DNA of 64,000 nucleotides from Epithemia pelagica. Its lineage: Eukaryota; Protista; Bacillariophyta. Where the stretch lies: assembly GCA_946965045.2 (NCBI GenBank), contig OX337228.1:5952001-6016000 (forward strand), in the 5' to 3' direction. Positions 11,718 to 22,600 of this stretch are shown here, in pieces. Each line of letters begins with the position of its first letter. The first letter of the stretch is position 1. The position numbers were made by a program, and so were the translations under genes. The notes below the pieces were generated by a model. It saw only the letters and a program-made list of their open reading frames with translations. It did no database searches and was not told the origin of the DNA.

Positions 11718-13166
11718 CTATGCCTTTTCTTTGCGTTGAAGTTTCTTCAAAATGGCAGTCCAAAAGGACTGAGTGGAAGTAAAGGCCACAGAAACAATGG
11801 AAACAATTCCCGCACCAAACACTAGTATTGGCAAGATGGAGGATGCTGATACGACCGGTCCGATATTCCATGTTTGAGCGAGAAGCGCTGCCAGGGGCCC
11901 AATCACAAAAGCTCCCAACAGTGTGGGCATGGGGTTTGATCCCTTGACATCACCCGTTTCCGAACCCCTGGGTTTGACAATGACCCGTTCTACCTCATCT
12001 GGAATAAGGGTTGAAGGGGCCGTCGGCTCTTGTACTGGAAGGGACGCAGCTGAGCGACCGTTCAAAGGCAGTTTCGTACTAATAGCTGGTTGCACCTTTG
12101 CCATTGGTGAAGTGAACACCACTGAGTGTTGTGGCGCTGGCTGTGGTGTGGATGGGTGTTGTTCTTCATGGACGTTGAGCGGTCCGTTTCGCGGCATCCA
12201 GTTCGATTCTTCTATTGCTGCACGCTGTGATTCATGTAAGTGCTCTTGCAAGCAAACACTCAAGAACGAGGTGAGAACAACAATGCTTACGATCAAGAGC
12301 AATGAAGGGAGACTTGGACATGAACCTTTCGTAACCCCCAGCGAAAGAAGATTGGATTCATGCTGGCGATCATGTTCGTTATGGTGGGTCTCATTATCGC
12401 GTAGAGTCGTCGAAAGACGTAGTGAAGACGACAAAGATGCCTTGATTTGTGGTATTGCCTCTGATACTGAAAATGCATTCAATGCGGAGGTTGATTCGTT
12501 GTCAAAAAGAGCAATCAAAGCTAGCGTGCGGAACCGAATGCGACTTCGCTCCGAGGAAGGATACTGAAGCAGCTGCAGTGTTTCCATCCCTGACACGCAA
12601 ATCTTGTAGCAATGGACAAGTTCGGCCCAGGTAATCGTAATCTTGGATAAGTCAATAGCATTGTTTGCCTCGTTATCATCAACATGTTGGACAATTCTTC
12701 GGAGGATCATCATCAACTGTCGATCGGTGGTCAAGCATTCAGGAGTTGCCGTGTCGCTCTGGTCAAGGGCTTCCACAACCCTCTTGAGATCCGAAAACCT
12801 AAGCTCTCGATCCCATACAGTGTGTTTATTTTTGTTTGTCGTTCCGGTTGGTAAACCAATAATTGTGCTGAATTGACTTTCGTTCGTTGTTTTACCGGAC
12901 GGCAGATGTTGTATGAGCTGTTCCAGGCGTTCCAGACATGGTCGGATATGATCGAGGGTGGCAATGTTTCCTGAATCTTGCTGTCGAAGCATGGTTTCGT
13001 AGCGCTTCAGAAAGGCAGCCGAATCCTCGTGGTGCTTGTGGAACACAGGGCCGCCTAATCCAGCAGCCGTATAATGACCTTGACAGTCCCTTTCTTTGCT
13101 CTCATCATGGTCATCCGATCGACTGGGGGCCAGCAATGGGGGGCTGTCCGAGCGTATCTGTTCCAT
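11718..13166 (-). CDS. Hypothetical membrane protein (2-3 predicted TM helices in the C-terminal half)
   Basis: 482-aa ORF with hydrophobic segments LPSLLLIVSIVVLTSFLSVCL, LLGAFVIGPLAALLA and ILPILVFGAGIVSIVSVAF. No family recognised. Confidence 0.65.
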   Translation of the reverse strand: MEQIRSDSPPLLAPSRSDDHDESKERDCQGHYTAAGLGGPVFHKHHEDSAAFLKRYETMLRQQDSGNIATLDHIRPCLERLEQLIQHLPSGKTTNESQFSTIIGLPTGTTNKNKHTVWDRELRFSDLKRVVEALDQSDTATPECLTTDRQLMMILRRIVQHVDDNEANNAIDLSKITITWAELVHCYKICVSGMETLQLLQYPSSERSRIRFRTLALIALFDNESTSALNAFSVSEAIPQIKASLSSSLRLSTTLRDNETHHNEHDRQHESNLLSLGVTKGSCPSLPSLLLIVSIVVLTSFLSVCLQEHLHESQRAAIEESNWMPRNGPLNVHEEQHPSTPQPAPQHSVVFTSPMAKVQPAISTKLPLNGRSAASLPVQEPTAPSTLIPDEVERVIVKPRGSETGDVKGSNPMPTLLGAFVIGPLAALLAQTWNIGPVVSASSILPILVFGAGIVSIVSVAFTSTQSFWTAILKKLQRKEKA

Positions 13167-13479
13167 TCTTCTCCGTGTGTATCTTATTACAATGGCGAAT
13201 GCAGGCCCTTTCGACAGAGAACCGCCATTTTTCCAAACCCGATAAAGATGAGACGGTTACAGCTCGGCATGCGGACAAGCAAGCATGGATAGTGTCACAA
13301 TCTTGTGGGGGAACCCTGACATGCTCGCTGGGGGATTGAACTGCGAGTAGCTTCCGAGTCGAAAGCGTGCAAAGCGCCGGGTCTTCGTTATTTACACACA
13401 CGCGCAACGTGGAGCATTTTCTGCGCCCAGTGTATCAAAAAGACTCCCAGACCACTTGTTGTCATTACTAACTGGAGCC

Positions 13480-14594
13480 ATGCCAGCAAACAAGATGGCA
13501 AGAGGGCAGGATCAACATCGGGTATATAACCCTACAACTGAGGAACTCACCTCTCTTGTCAATGAAACCTTGTCAAAGGTCGGTAGCCGTAGCTTTCTAT
13601 GAATCAAATTGTTTGACACGTTCACTCAACAAGGTCCTCTCTTTAGAACCCCGAAGCAGAATGGCGAGATGTTCATTCTGCTCTTTGGGAAGCAAGGCCA
13701 ACCTGGAAGATTCCAGAACGACGTGTAGCCAAATTCGTGAAACGTTACAAATCAGGGAATGCGATGGATGATTCAGCATCTACTGTTTCGGAGGGGTCCT
13801 TCCGCAAATATTTCTCTAAGCGATCCACTCGATCCGGATACTCGGATGACGCAGCGTCCGTGGGATCAACCCGATCGGCTCGAAAATTGTTTAGCAGACG
13901 CCCAAGACGCCGTGGCAATGGTGACGATGATGACGCCTCGTCGGTCAGCTCCACCTCATCCTTTCGATCCTTCCTCAGCCGAGGTCGATCCTCTCGCAAG
14001 AAAACGAGAAATGGTGCAGCAGCAAGTAAAACCCAAGGCATTGAGAATACACCACCTGGCGATGTCAATGACACGAACAGCTCTAGCAGAAACGATACCC
14101 TTCACGCAAACAATCTTCCCGCCAAAGGAACACTTGATAATGATGACGCGTCGGTTTCGTCTGTGCGTTCCCTACGAAAGTATTTCAAGGAGCGCAAAGC
14201 ACGCCGGGTCGAACGAAAGAAAGGGATACCCGATCGTCCAGAGCAATATGATGAAAGTAAAGCAGTCAACGTTAAACGAGAGGAAATCAAGAAGAACAAT
14301 GACACTCTTCAGATGGAATTACCAGCCATTGAAACTTCTTGTGTTCCCGTAGAAGTGACAGTCCAAACGACTGATGCTATCGCAACGGAAACGTCCGAAC
14401 AGGTTTCTCCGCAGACTCAGGCGGACTCACCTGACGCACAAACTTTCACGACAGAAGAGCCCGAGGAACCATCCATTCAAGTAGAGACTGTCGTTGCACC
14501 AAAAGACCTTGTCGTCGACCCGTACTACGAAGGCAATGGATCTGTCATGAAACCAGCCATTTGTGAAGGGTGTGCCGGATGCACCATACTTTAA
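13480..14594 (+). CDS. Hypothetical protein: small N-terminal helical domain, four Ser/Arg-rich repeats and C-terminal CaaX box (CTIL); 2 exons
   Basis: Exon 13480-13578 joins through intron 13579-13646 (GT...TTTAG) in frame to the 13737 ORF, giving ...ETLSK|NPEAEWRDVHSALWEARPTWKIPERRVAKFVKR. Ends CEGCAGCTIL-stop. Confidence 0.7.
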
Positions 14595-14743
14595 GTAACG
14601 TTTTCTAGAATGGAGTGGGGAATAAGCAATGTGGCATTGCCAATTGCCACATAACTGTTGCTATCTGCGGTACGACATGAACAAACTTTCAAATGGTAGT
14701 ACAAATACAAATGTAAGGAAGATACTACTCTTGCGTGAAATTG

Positions 14744-15129
14744 GGGCTATTCACTTATTTCCCACCATGCGACAGGCCACAAGGATCCCAAGAGTGACGG
14801 TCGTGTTGTTGTCAACTTTCAATTTGGAGTACTTCAATGAGTACCTAGAGAGTGAATCACGCCATTCTGAAGAGCTCCTACTCTAGCTAGCTACCCCTAC
14901 TTATTACCACAAGCTACTCCTACCATGGCTTTGCATGGGCTATTCACTTATTTCCCACCATGCGACAGGCCACAAGGATCCCAAGAGTGACGGTCGTGTT
15001 GTTGTCAACTTTCAATTTGGAGTACTTCAATGAGTACCTAGAGAGTGAATCACGCCATTCTGAAGAGCTCCTACTCTAGCTAGCTACCCCTACTTATTAC
15101 CACAAGCTACTCCTACCATGGCTTTGCAT
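14744..15129. repeat. Perfect direct tandem duplication, 2 x 193 bp
   Basis: 14744-14936 and 14937-15129 read identical base by base (GGGCTATTCACTTATTTCCC...CTACCATGGCTTTGCAT). Confidence 0.97.
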
Positions 15130-15185
15130 AACTACACATAGAGAATAGAGAGGAAATAGTTTCCTTTCTGCTTCCGACAACGACG

Positions 15186-16088
15186 ATGACGATGGTAACG
15201 GTATACGGTGGAAAGCCTCTTCGGTCAAGGGAAATTTCCCTTCTTTCCGCACGTCTAATGTCTTCAGTATCCTTGTCCGAGACGGTGAAATTCAATGCGC
15301 TCCACGCTGGATGGTGGAACCCAGATGAGAATCCTCTTATCCATATGAACTCCATAAGAGTTCAGTACATTCGACAGCAGGTGGCTCTGAATCGCAGCCG
15401 CTTAAACAAATCTACGACAGAGAATGATCACCCAAAGAAGAATATGTTTGATATTCCCATATATCCACATCGCCCTTTCAATGATTTGAAGATGCTCGAT
15501 ATCGGATGTGGAGGAGGCTTGTTGTCCGAATCCTTGGTCCGATTGGGTGCTCAGGAGGTGACTGGACTTGACCCGTCGGAGAACTTGCTTCAGGTTGCTA
15601 GAAACCGTTCCGAAGCTCTTCTCTTAGATCCGAGAAAATCGAAGCCTGACTATGAGTCGACCACGGCGGAGGAATGGGCCGTGCGGAGACCACAGCACTA
15701 TGACGTTGCATGTATCTTAGACGTGATTGAGCACATTGAAAACTTGGATTCTCTTTTGGACGCTGCATCTAGTCTCGTTAAACCTGGGGGCTTGTTAATT
15801 GTGTCAACATTGAACAGAACCACCATTTCTTATTTCATGTCAATTGTTGGTGCCGAATACCTCATGGGCTATGTTCCTGTTGGGACGCATGATTGGGCAT
15901 TGTATCGCTCCCCAGAAGAAGTCCAGTCACTCGTCCATAAGTTTTCCTTTGTTCCGATCAATGTTTCCGGTATGACACTGCGAACTCCACCTATGTGCGG
16001 ATGGAATTGGTCTCTCGACCCTAACAAAACCGATATCAACTGGATTGCGACGTATCAGCTCAGTCAACAAGAACAAAGGAATAATTAA
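15186..16088 (+). CDS. COQ3: Ubiquinone biosynthesis O-methyltransferase (COQ3/UbiG), mitochondrial
   Basis: KFNALHAGWWNPD...LIHMNSIRVQYI, LDIGCGGGLLSESLVRLGA, VTGLD, DVIEHI, LVKPGGLLIVSTLNRT and VPVGTHDW. Confidence 0.93.
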   Translation: MTMVTVYGGKPLRSREISLLSARLMSSVSLSETVKFNALHAGWWNPDENPLIHMNSIRVQYIRQQVALNRSRLNKSTTENDHPKKNMFDIPIYPHRPFNDLKMLDIGCGGGLLSESLVRLGAQEVTGLDPSENLLQVARNRSEALLLDPRKSKPDYESTTAEEWAVRRPQHYDVACILDVIEHIENLDSLLDAASSLVKPGGLLIVSTLNRTTISYFMSIVGAEYLMGYVPVGTHDWALYRSPEEVQSLVHKFSFVPINVSGMTLRTPPMCGWNWSLDPNKTDINWIATYQLSQQEQRNN

Positions 16089-16164
16089 ATATTATTGTAA
16101 TGCTATAGTCATGAAGGTTTCACGCTGGGTGTAGTTCGGAATCAGCTCATCCATGTTCACGCTT

Positions 16165-17061
16165 CTATCGTTTTGTCCATTGTGGTGATTTGCGTGATTT
16201 CACTTTACCAATCTTTTTCCTCTCAACGACTCTGGCATCTCTTGTAAGGAGCTTTTTGAACTTGAGAGGAGGTCGGTAGAGCTCTGGATTGTAATTGTTC
16301 AGGCACCTTGCAATTCCCAAGCGAATTGCACCTGCCTGTCCACTAAGGCCACCACCAGTAACGAGAGCAATAACATCGAATTTCCCCAACGTCTCCGTTA
16401 TAATGAACGGCATGATCATGTGCTCACGAAGGCTTTCTCGCTTGAAATATTCTGCAAAATCCTTGCGATTGACTGTGACTTCTCCAAATCCTGGTTGCAT
16501 CCACACTCTCGCAGAAGCGCACTTCCTAGCTCCGCGGGCATAGGTGCTGCCTCGAAAATCAATTTTCGTCAGTTGAGGAGGTGGGTGCATCGCCTTGTCC
16601 TTCCTTTTTCTTTTCAGCTCCTCTTTCAGCTCCTCTTCTCTCCGAATAATCTCTTGAATTTTCTCCGTCGTCTCTCTACGGTCTTTATCTTCCTCCTCAA
16701 TGGTCTTGGCCGGTTTCTTCCACTCTCGCTCGGCTCCCTCCTTCATGTCCGCATTGTCGCCAAAATCACCAGGAAAGACAGACACGGCATTTCGCCGCAA
16801 ACCAAACGCACCTGCACTGCTTCTTGGCTTGTTCTGTCGACCAGGTTGCATCAATCGAGACCGAGGAAGTTTTCTGTTCGTACTGTTCCCAGGATTGTTG
16901 TTCCCCCTCCTGTAGTTGGCAAAAGAAGAGAATGTCCTAAGGGTAAACTCTTGTCGGTAGGCATCGCAACATCGAAGAGTAGTTGATGGCAGGACAGGTT
17001 TCGTCCTCTCAAGAATACCCTTGAGGGGAAGTGTATATACGGATACTTTGGAGGAAAGCAT
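16165..17061 (-). CDS. MRPS9: Mitochondrial small-subunit ribosomal protein uS9m
   Basis: C-terminal uS9 domain GARKCASARVW, GGGLSGQAGAIRLGIAR and LLTRDARVVERKK...QWTKR, with a long basic presequence-like N-terminal extension. Confidence 0.93.
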   Translation of the reverse strand: MLSSKVSVYTLPLKGILERTKPVLPSTTLRCCDAYRQEFTLRTFSSFANYRRGNNNPGNSTNRKLPRSRLMQPGRQNKPRSSAGAFGLRRNAVSVFPGDFGDNADMKEGAEREWKKPAKTIEEEDKDRRETTEKIQEIIRREEELKEELKRKRKDKAMHPPPQLTKIDFRGSTYARGARKCASARVWMQPGFGEVTVNRKDFAEYFKRESLREHMIMPFIITETLGKFDVIALVTGGGLSGQAGAIRLGIARCLNNYNPELYRPPLKFKKLLTRDARVVERKKIGKVKSRKSPQWTKR

Positions 17062-17298
17062 ATGAGAATTATGCTACCACGCTTTGCGCTACGTGAGAAG
17101 GATACCAAAACCAAAAAAGGATACGACCATCATGGCCCCGAACAAAAAAGTGTTCTGTGGTGTCGGCCGACCCCGGATGTGTCGAATGTCTGTGCGCCGC
17201 TCGGAAATGGATATTTGATACGGTCGCGTAAAATATTTGTGCCACGATCGTTATGTGTTTGTATTTGAGCCGCTGTGGTGATTATATTACGTTGTACA

Positions 17299-18306
17299 AT
17301 GGGTGATTATTACGGCAATGGAGGCCAAAGTGCTGGGCGGACGAACACACATGGTGGCCATACAAATGCAGCTGGAGGGGGATCTGATACCGGCAAAATC
17401 TTTGTCGGTGGTTTGTCTTGGCAGACTACCGAAGAATCGTTGAGATGGCATTTTGAGCAGTACGGTGCGGTCCTTTCGACAGAAATAATGCGAGACCGAA
17501 ATACAGGTGATCCTCGTGGTTTTGGATTTGTTGTGTTCGCTGACCCTACCACAGTAGATCTTGTGATGAAGGAGGATAGACACGAAGTGAATCACAAAAT
17601 CGTTGATGTAAAACGCGCACAAGCACGTGGTATTGCCCCTCCCTCCATTCATCAGCAATCAAAAGGGAGCAGCGGTCCTCAAAGTAACACCGCCCATCAT
17701 GTACCTGCTAGTGGAAGTAGCGCACCTGAGATGACACCGGAACAGGCTCAAACAAAAGTTTTTGTTGGTGGCATCCCTCCTCATGTTGACCGAGATGAGC
17801 TTCGCGAAATATTTCAAGAATTCGGACCGGTCACGGATGCCGTTGTGATGATGGATCAAGCGACCCAAAGATCTAGATGTTTCGGTTTTGTTACCTTCCA
17901 ACACGGATCGGATGGTGCTGCAAAGGCTGTGGAGGCTCAGCCCCTTCAGATTCACGGCCGTCGCGTGGAGGTCAAACTGGCTACTCCACGAGCAGAGCAA
18001 CAAGGAGGGCGACGTCCTATTGCAGCTGCTGCAGTGGCAGCAGCAGGCCCTCGGAATTTGGGCCTTAGAGCAGGAAAGGCTTCATCCTCCTCATCAGGAG
18101 AATATGCAGGCCTCGCCGTTGCCTTCGGAAGAAACGGATGGAAAGCTGGCTACGGGAGCAAAGCCTTTGGCCGGGCAGGTTGGGCTGTGCAAGGATGGGA
18201 CGATGGAGGGGCGGCTTTCGAACGTTCCGGATTTTCTTTCGCTATGATTGACGAAATGAAACGAGATGGGGGATTGGAGCCTGCGACAAAGAGGCCACGC
18301 ATATAG
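17299..18306 (+). CDS. Two-RRM RNA-binding protein (Musashi/hnRNP A1/Hrp1-like)
   Basis: RNP2/RNP1 pairs KIFVGGLSW...RGFGFVVF and KVFVGGIP...RCFGFVTF; Gly-rich tail with a basic KRPRI end. Confidence 0.9.
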   Translation: MGDYYGNGGQSAGRTNTHGGHTNAAGGGSDTGKIFVGGLSWQTTEESLRWHFEQYGAVLSTEIMRDRNTGDPRGFGFVVFADPTTVDLVMKEDRHEVNHKIVDVKRAQARGIAPPSIHQQSKGSSGPQSNTAHHVPASGSSAPEMTPEQAQTKVFVGGIPPHVDRDELREIFQEFGPVTDAVVMMDQATQRSRCFGFVTFQHGSDGAAKAVEAQPLQIHGRRVEVKLATPRAEQQGGRRPIAAAAVAAAGPRNLGLRAGKASSSSSGEYAGLAVAFGRNGWKAGYGSKAFGRAGWAVQGWDDGGAAFERSGFSFAMIDEMKRDGGLEPATKRPRI

Positions 18307-18701
18307 TACTTAGTTGGCTTGCATCATTGTGTTCCGTTCATACTAAACTTTTCATCTTCTCTCTACGTCCGATATTTGTTGCCGTAGATAAGATGTCGAG
18401 CTATAAATAGGCTCTCGGGACTTGGTCACAAAGAACTGCTCCATCCACTCAATTTGTCCGTCCTTGTGCCCGAGATAGGGTTGGAGTCGATAAGATGCCC
18501 TTCTATCTATAGTCTTTTGAAACTTTGGCCTTCGCGAGGCACCAAGGACATCAACCAAACTGGCTTTTGAGGGATCAATGAAAAATTGGCAAAGCTCGGC
18601 TGCTTCCCCCATAAACGCAATCAGCCGTCCTTTCATAGGCCGGTAAGTTCGTTACGCCAAAGAGATATGAACGTGAACATTCCAGATTCAGATTTGTATA
18701 A

Positions 18702-19442
18702 TCACGTCTTTTGCTTCTTGGATCCATATAGCCGTGAGCCTTGCTTCCCAGTATGTTTCCGTCGTTGTTGTCGTTTCGTCAAGGTTTCGACCTCCATGTT
18801 GTCCTCTCGTTCGGATCGCTGCGAAGAGTGCCATGCTTCGGCAATTTGAGGATTATGGCCTCCAAACGATCGCCTTCCAATAGTAGCAACCTGTGTGCTC
18901 CCGTACATATCTGCAGGCGTGGCCACATCCAAACGGATTGTACCAGTGGCATCGTCCATATCTTCATCGCTCTCATCATCCATGTCACCCAGAGTACTGT
19001 TGAGAACAGTAGAATCAGATTGTTTTGAAGAGGAGTTGTGGATTGGATGAGATTTCTTGGAAACGTGTCCTGTACCATTCTCGGAAAGAAGAGACTGAGT
19101 CGACTGGGCTTCGGCTCCTCGTTTCGAATCTGTCCGTATACGTGATGTTCTATCGGAACGACTTTTCTCATGACGTTGCATGAATCTCATGTTGAGTGTA
19201 GATCCAGACAAGTTCTTCACAAACAACTTGTTCGGCGAAGAAGAAGTACGTCTTGTCGTTGAGGTGTCGGCCGAATTATGGGTGGCCGGATCGACCGGTC
19301 GATCCTTGACATGCGGACTGTGGTCCTCGATTCCTTCATGCTGGGACGACGTGCCCGCTCCGCCTATGGACTTTTGAGGAGACTTGTTCTTCTTCGTCTT
19401 CTTTCGTCCATTTGCTGGGTTCTTGCTGCCTGGTTTCCACAT
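18702..19442 (-). CDS. MPP6: M-phase phosphoprotein 6 (MPP6)-like nuclear exosome cofactor
   Basis: The two MPP6 hallmark blocks, LSGSTLNMRFMQR and IGRRSFGGHNPQI, sit in an otherwise low-complexity basic protein. Confidence 0.7.
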   Translation of the reverse strand: MWKPGSKNPANGRKKTKKNKSPQKSIGGAGTSSQHEGIEDHSPHVKDRPVDPATHNSADTSTTRRTSSSPNKLFVKNLSGSTLNMRFMQRHEKSRSDRTSRIRTDSKRGAEAQSTQSLLSENGTGHVSKKSHPIHNSSSKQSDSTVLNSTLGDMDDESDEDMDDATGTIRLDVATPADMYGSTQVATIGRRSFGGHNPQIAEAWHSSQRSEREDNMEVETLTKRQQRRKHTGKQGSRLYGSKKQKT

Positions 19443-19641
19443 CGCATTGACGATCTCTTCCCTCTACATCAAAAAATCAAAAAGAAAAAATAATGTTGGT
19501 TGGAGGTTGGAGGACGGTGGGAGGACAGATAGAAACAAAGCTCATAACCTTTTGAAAGGTCGCGAAAAAGTCGCGCCTCACGCCTCTCACCTATGTCATC
19601 TATCGTAAAGTTAGAGAAGCAGCTTTAGATCCAAATGAACC

Positions 19642-22600
19642 ATGACCGAAGATACAACGCAAGGAGAGTTTGAGTGGTCGGCATATTACGATGACGAAGG
19701 GAAGTTGTATTACTACAACAGTAAGACAGAAGAAAGTTCGTGGGATCCTCCGGAAGAGGGATTCAACCCTCCAGAGGGCGCTGAGAATAGAGAGGATGAA
19801 GGAGGGACAACAGAGACGAACAATACGCAAGACGAAACCACAGAGAGCACAGCTTTGACCAAAGTCGAGGAAGGTGACACAAGCGCTGGTTCCACCGAAG
19901 CTGGTCCAAAATGGACCAAGCACACCGACGACGATGGATCCGAGTACTTCTTCAATTCAGAAACAGGCGCAACCCAGTGGGAAAAGCCTGCAGAAATGCC
20001 CTCCAGCGACCAACCATCGAATGGAGAGGAAAAGGAAAAGACCAAAGACAACCCTGATGAAGATGAGTCGAAACCACGCGAAGATGAAGAACTAGTGGCA
20101 GAATCTCAACTAGAAATTCCCTCATCATCAAATAAGGATGGGTCAAAATGGACTGTTCATACAGATGATGACAACACAGTTTACTACTACAACGAGGAGA
20201 CCGGGGAGACTCAATGGGAAAAACCCGACGGAGTTATTTTAGAGTCATCGACTACAGCGAATGATACAGATGCTGGAAACGATGCGAAAATGAAGATTGA
20301 AGAAAAATCTCAAGAAGAAACCTCCGAACCATCCAAAAAGGATGGACCAAAATGGACTGTTCACAAGGACGATGACAACGCGGTGTATTACTACAACGAA
20401 GAGACTGGAGAGACTCAATGGGAGAAGCCAGAGGGAGTGATCATTGAGCCATCCGCTGCATCCAATGAAGCAGATGCAGAGGACGATGTAAACATGAAAC
20501 CTGTTGAAGATTCACTGCGTGAAACTTCTCCACCATCCAAAAAAGATGGACCAAAATGGACTGTTCACACAGACGATGACAATGCCGTTTATTACTACAA
20601 CCAAGAGACTGGGGAGACTCAATGGGAAAAGCCGGAGGGAGTGATAATGGAGTCACCCGCTACAGGCGACGAAGCAGACATTGGAGGCGGTGAGAACGCC
20701 ATACCTGGAGATAAATCCAATGATAGAGGGGACGATTCACAAAATCAAGCGTTGAAAGAAAGTGGAGGAAAGTGGACTGTCCACAAAGATGATGAAGGGA
20801 CAACATATTACTACAATAATGAAACACAGGAAACACAATGGGAGAAGCCAGATGACCTATACGTAGCAGCCGATTATACATCGACAAATAAAGAAAGTGA
20901 ACGAAAGGACGGAGAACCTGAAGCGTCGCGGCCCGAAACGAGCGAGGGTAAATGGGTCCAGTACGAGGATGATGACGGAAGAGAGTACTACTACAACACA
21001 GAGACGGGAGAAACACAATGGGAAAGACCGGAGGACATGAACGATGGGACACGTGATGGCACTGCGGAAGTTGAAATGGGGGAAGGAAAGGAATCCATAG
21101 AGAAAGAGTCGCACATTGACAAGCCCGGAGAACCCACGAGTGAAGTTGAAACTACGACTGTTGAAGAAGCTATTCCTGAGGAGGAAGTTGTTGAGGAAAT
21201 TGATCCAGCTGTCCGTCAGCTTCAAGAAGCCGAAGCTTTCCTGAGTAAACCGGATTCAATCCTTGAACCGGACTGTTTCCCTAATGTGGCGATTGTGGCA
21301 AGCGATGGTGGGAATGCAAAACAGGCCATGACCGCCTTGGTCGACAATTATCAGGCACAAACAGCTGTCTGTGGACTACTCACGCGTTGGCTGTCAACGA
21401 TGAAATCGGCGTCTTCTACTAAAGAGACTTCACGAGAGACAACCAACGATGACATCCGAATGACTGCGCAAGATGTTATTAATCGAGTTGCCAAAGAACG
21501 GTTTACGAAGGACACTGGCGACAAAATCCTGAACCTGGGGAAGTCTCAAGCTGCTTTCTTGGGAGAGATGATGGATTCAAACAGATGGAGGAAACTACTT
21601 ATTGATTTGTCTGCCTCTCACAGTGATAGTGCTGTGCTGATGTATTGTCTTCGCACCATATCAAAGCGGGGACACCATCGCGAAATCGCGCGCAGAATCA
21701 ATCAATCAGACCATTTCGCAGTATTCCGCCAGATGATGCAGTCCGAACTTACTCAGATAGGAACGCTCGCAGTTTCTTCTGGGAGCGACGTCGAAACATC
21801 TATCGTAATGGAAGAGTTGAAGAATGATCTTCGACGGGCGTGCACTGCGACTAGCTACACATATTTGTACTCACTGGAAGTTCTGCGTGCTCTTGAACAA
21901 CGATCTAAACATGAAACCAGAGATGAAACTCTTCAATCAAGGCGAGCATTTCGGAAGTGGGAAGTTCTACGAGAGGACCTCGAGAATACAATGCAGGATC
22001 CTACTATATCGGCTAATTTTGCCGGGTCATCGCCTTTGTTCCGGAAACGTCGCTTAGATATTGCGTTGACGATGAATGAGCTCCATCAGCGTCAAAAGAG
22101 AAGATACACGCCCCCGAACTCTACGGTAAACCAAAGACAACGTTGGGACAACTTGGAAACGGCACTTCTTACCTTTCTTCGTCGGTATGCCACAGGAGTA
22201 CATATCGACGACTCAGTGCTAGATCCTCTGTTACCGTCCGACCTGGATTCGGAGGAAAGTAGCAAACTGATGGGAAGTCTCTTGATAAAACATCCCTTGT
22301 CGATCCGAGTCCTGTTGGGTTGTCTGTACAAACCAGGCGCATCCCGTGTGACATCAAATGTCCTCAAGAGTAAATGCGCACGCTTATTGGCGCTCTCTGT
22401 CGTTGCTGCTGAGGATGCGCTTGGCACCCCTCATTCGGGTGAGAAGTCGAACGAAGTGGCTGCTCACCGTTTGATACTCCAAGGTTGCAAGTTATGTGAA
22501 CAGTTAGAGTTGATGGTGTCTTTTCTTGTCAGTGATGGTTCTGCAAAAAGCGCAGTCCCTTCTCCTGGTCTCGTTTTGTGTAACTTAGCATTGAAGAGCG

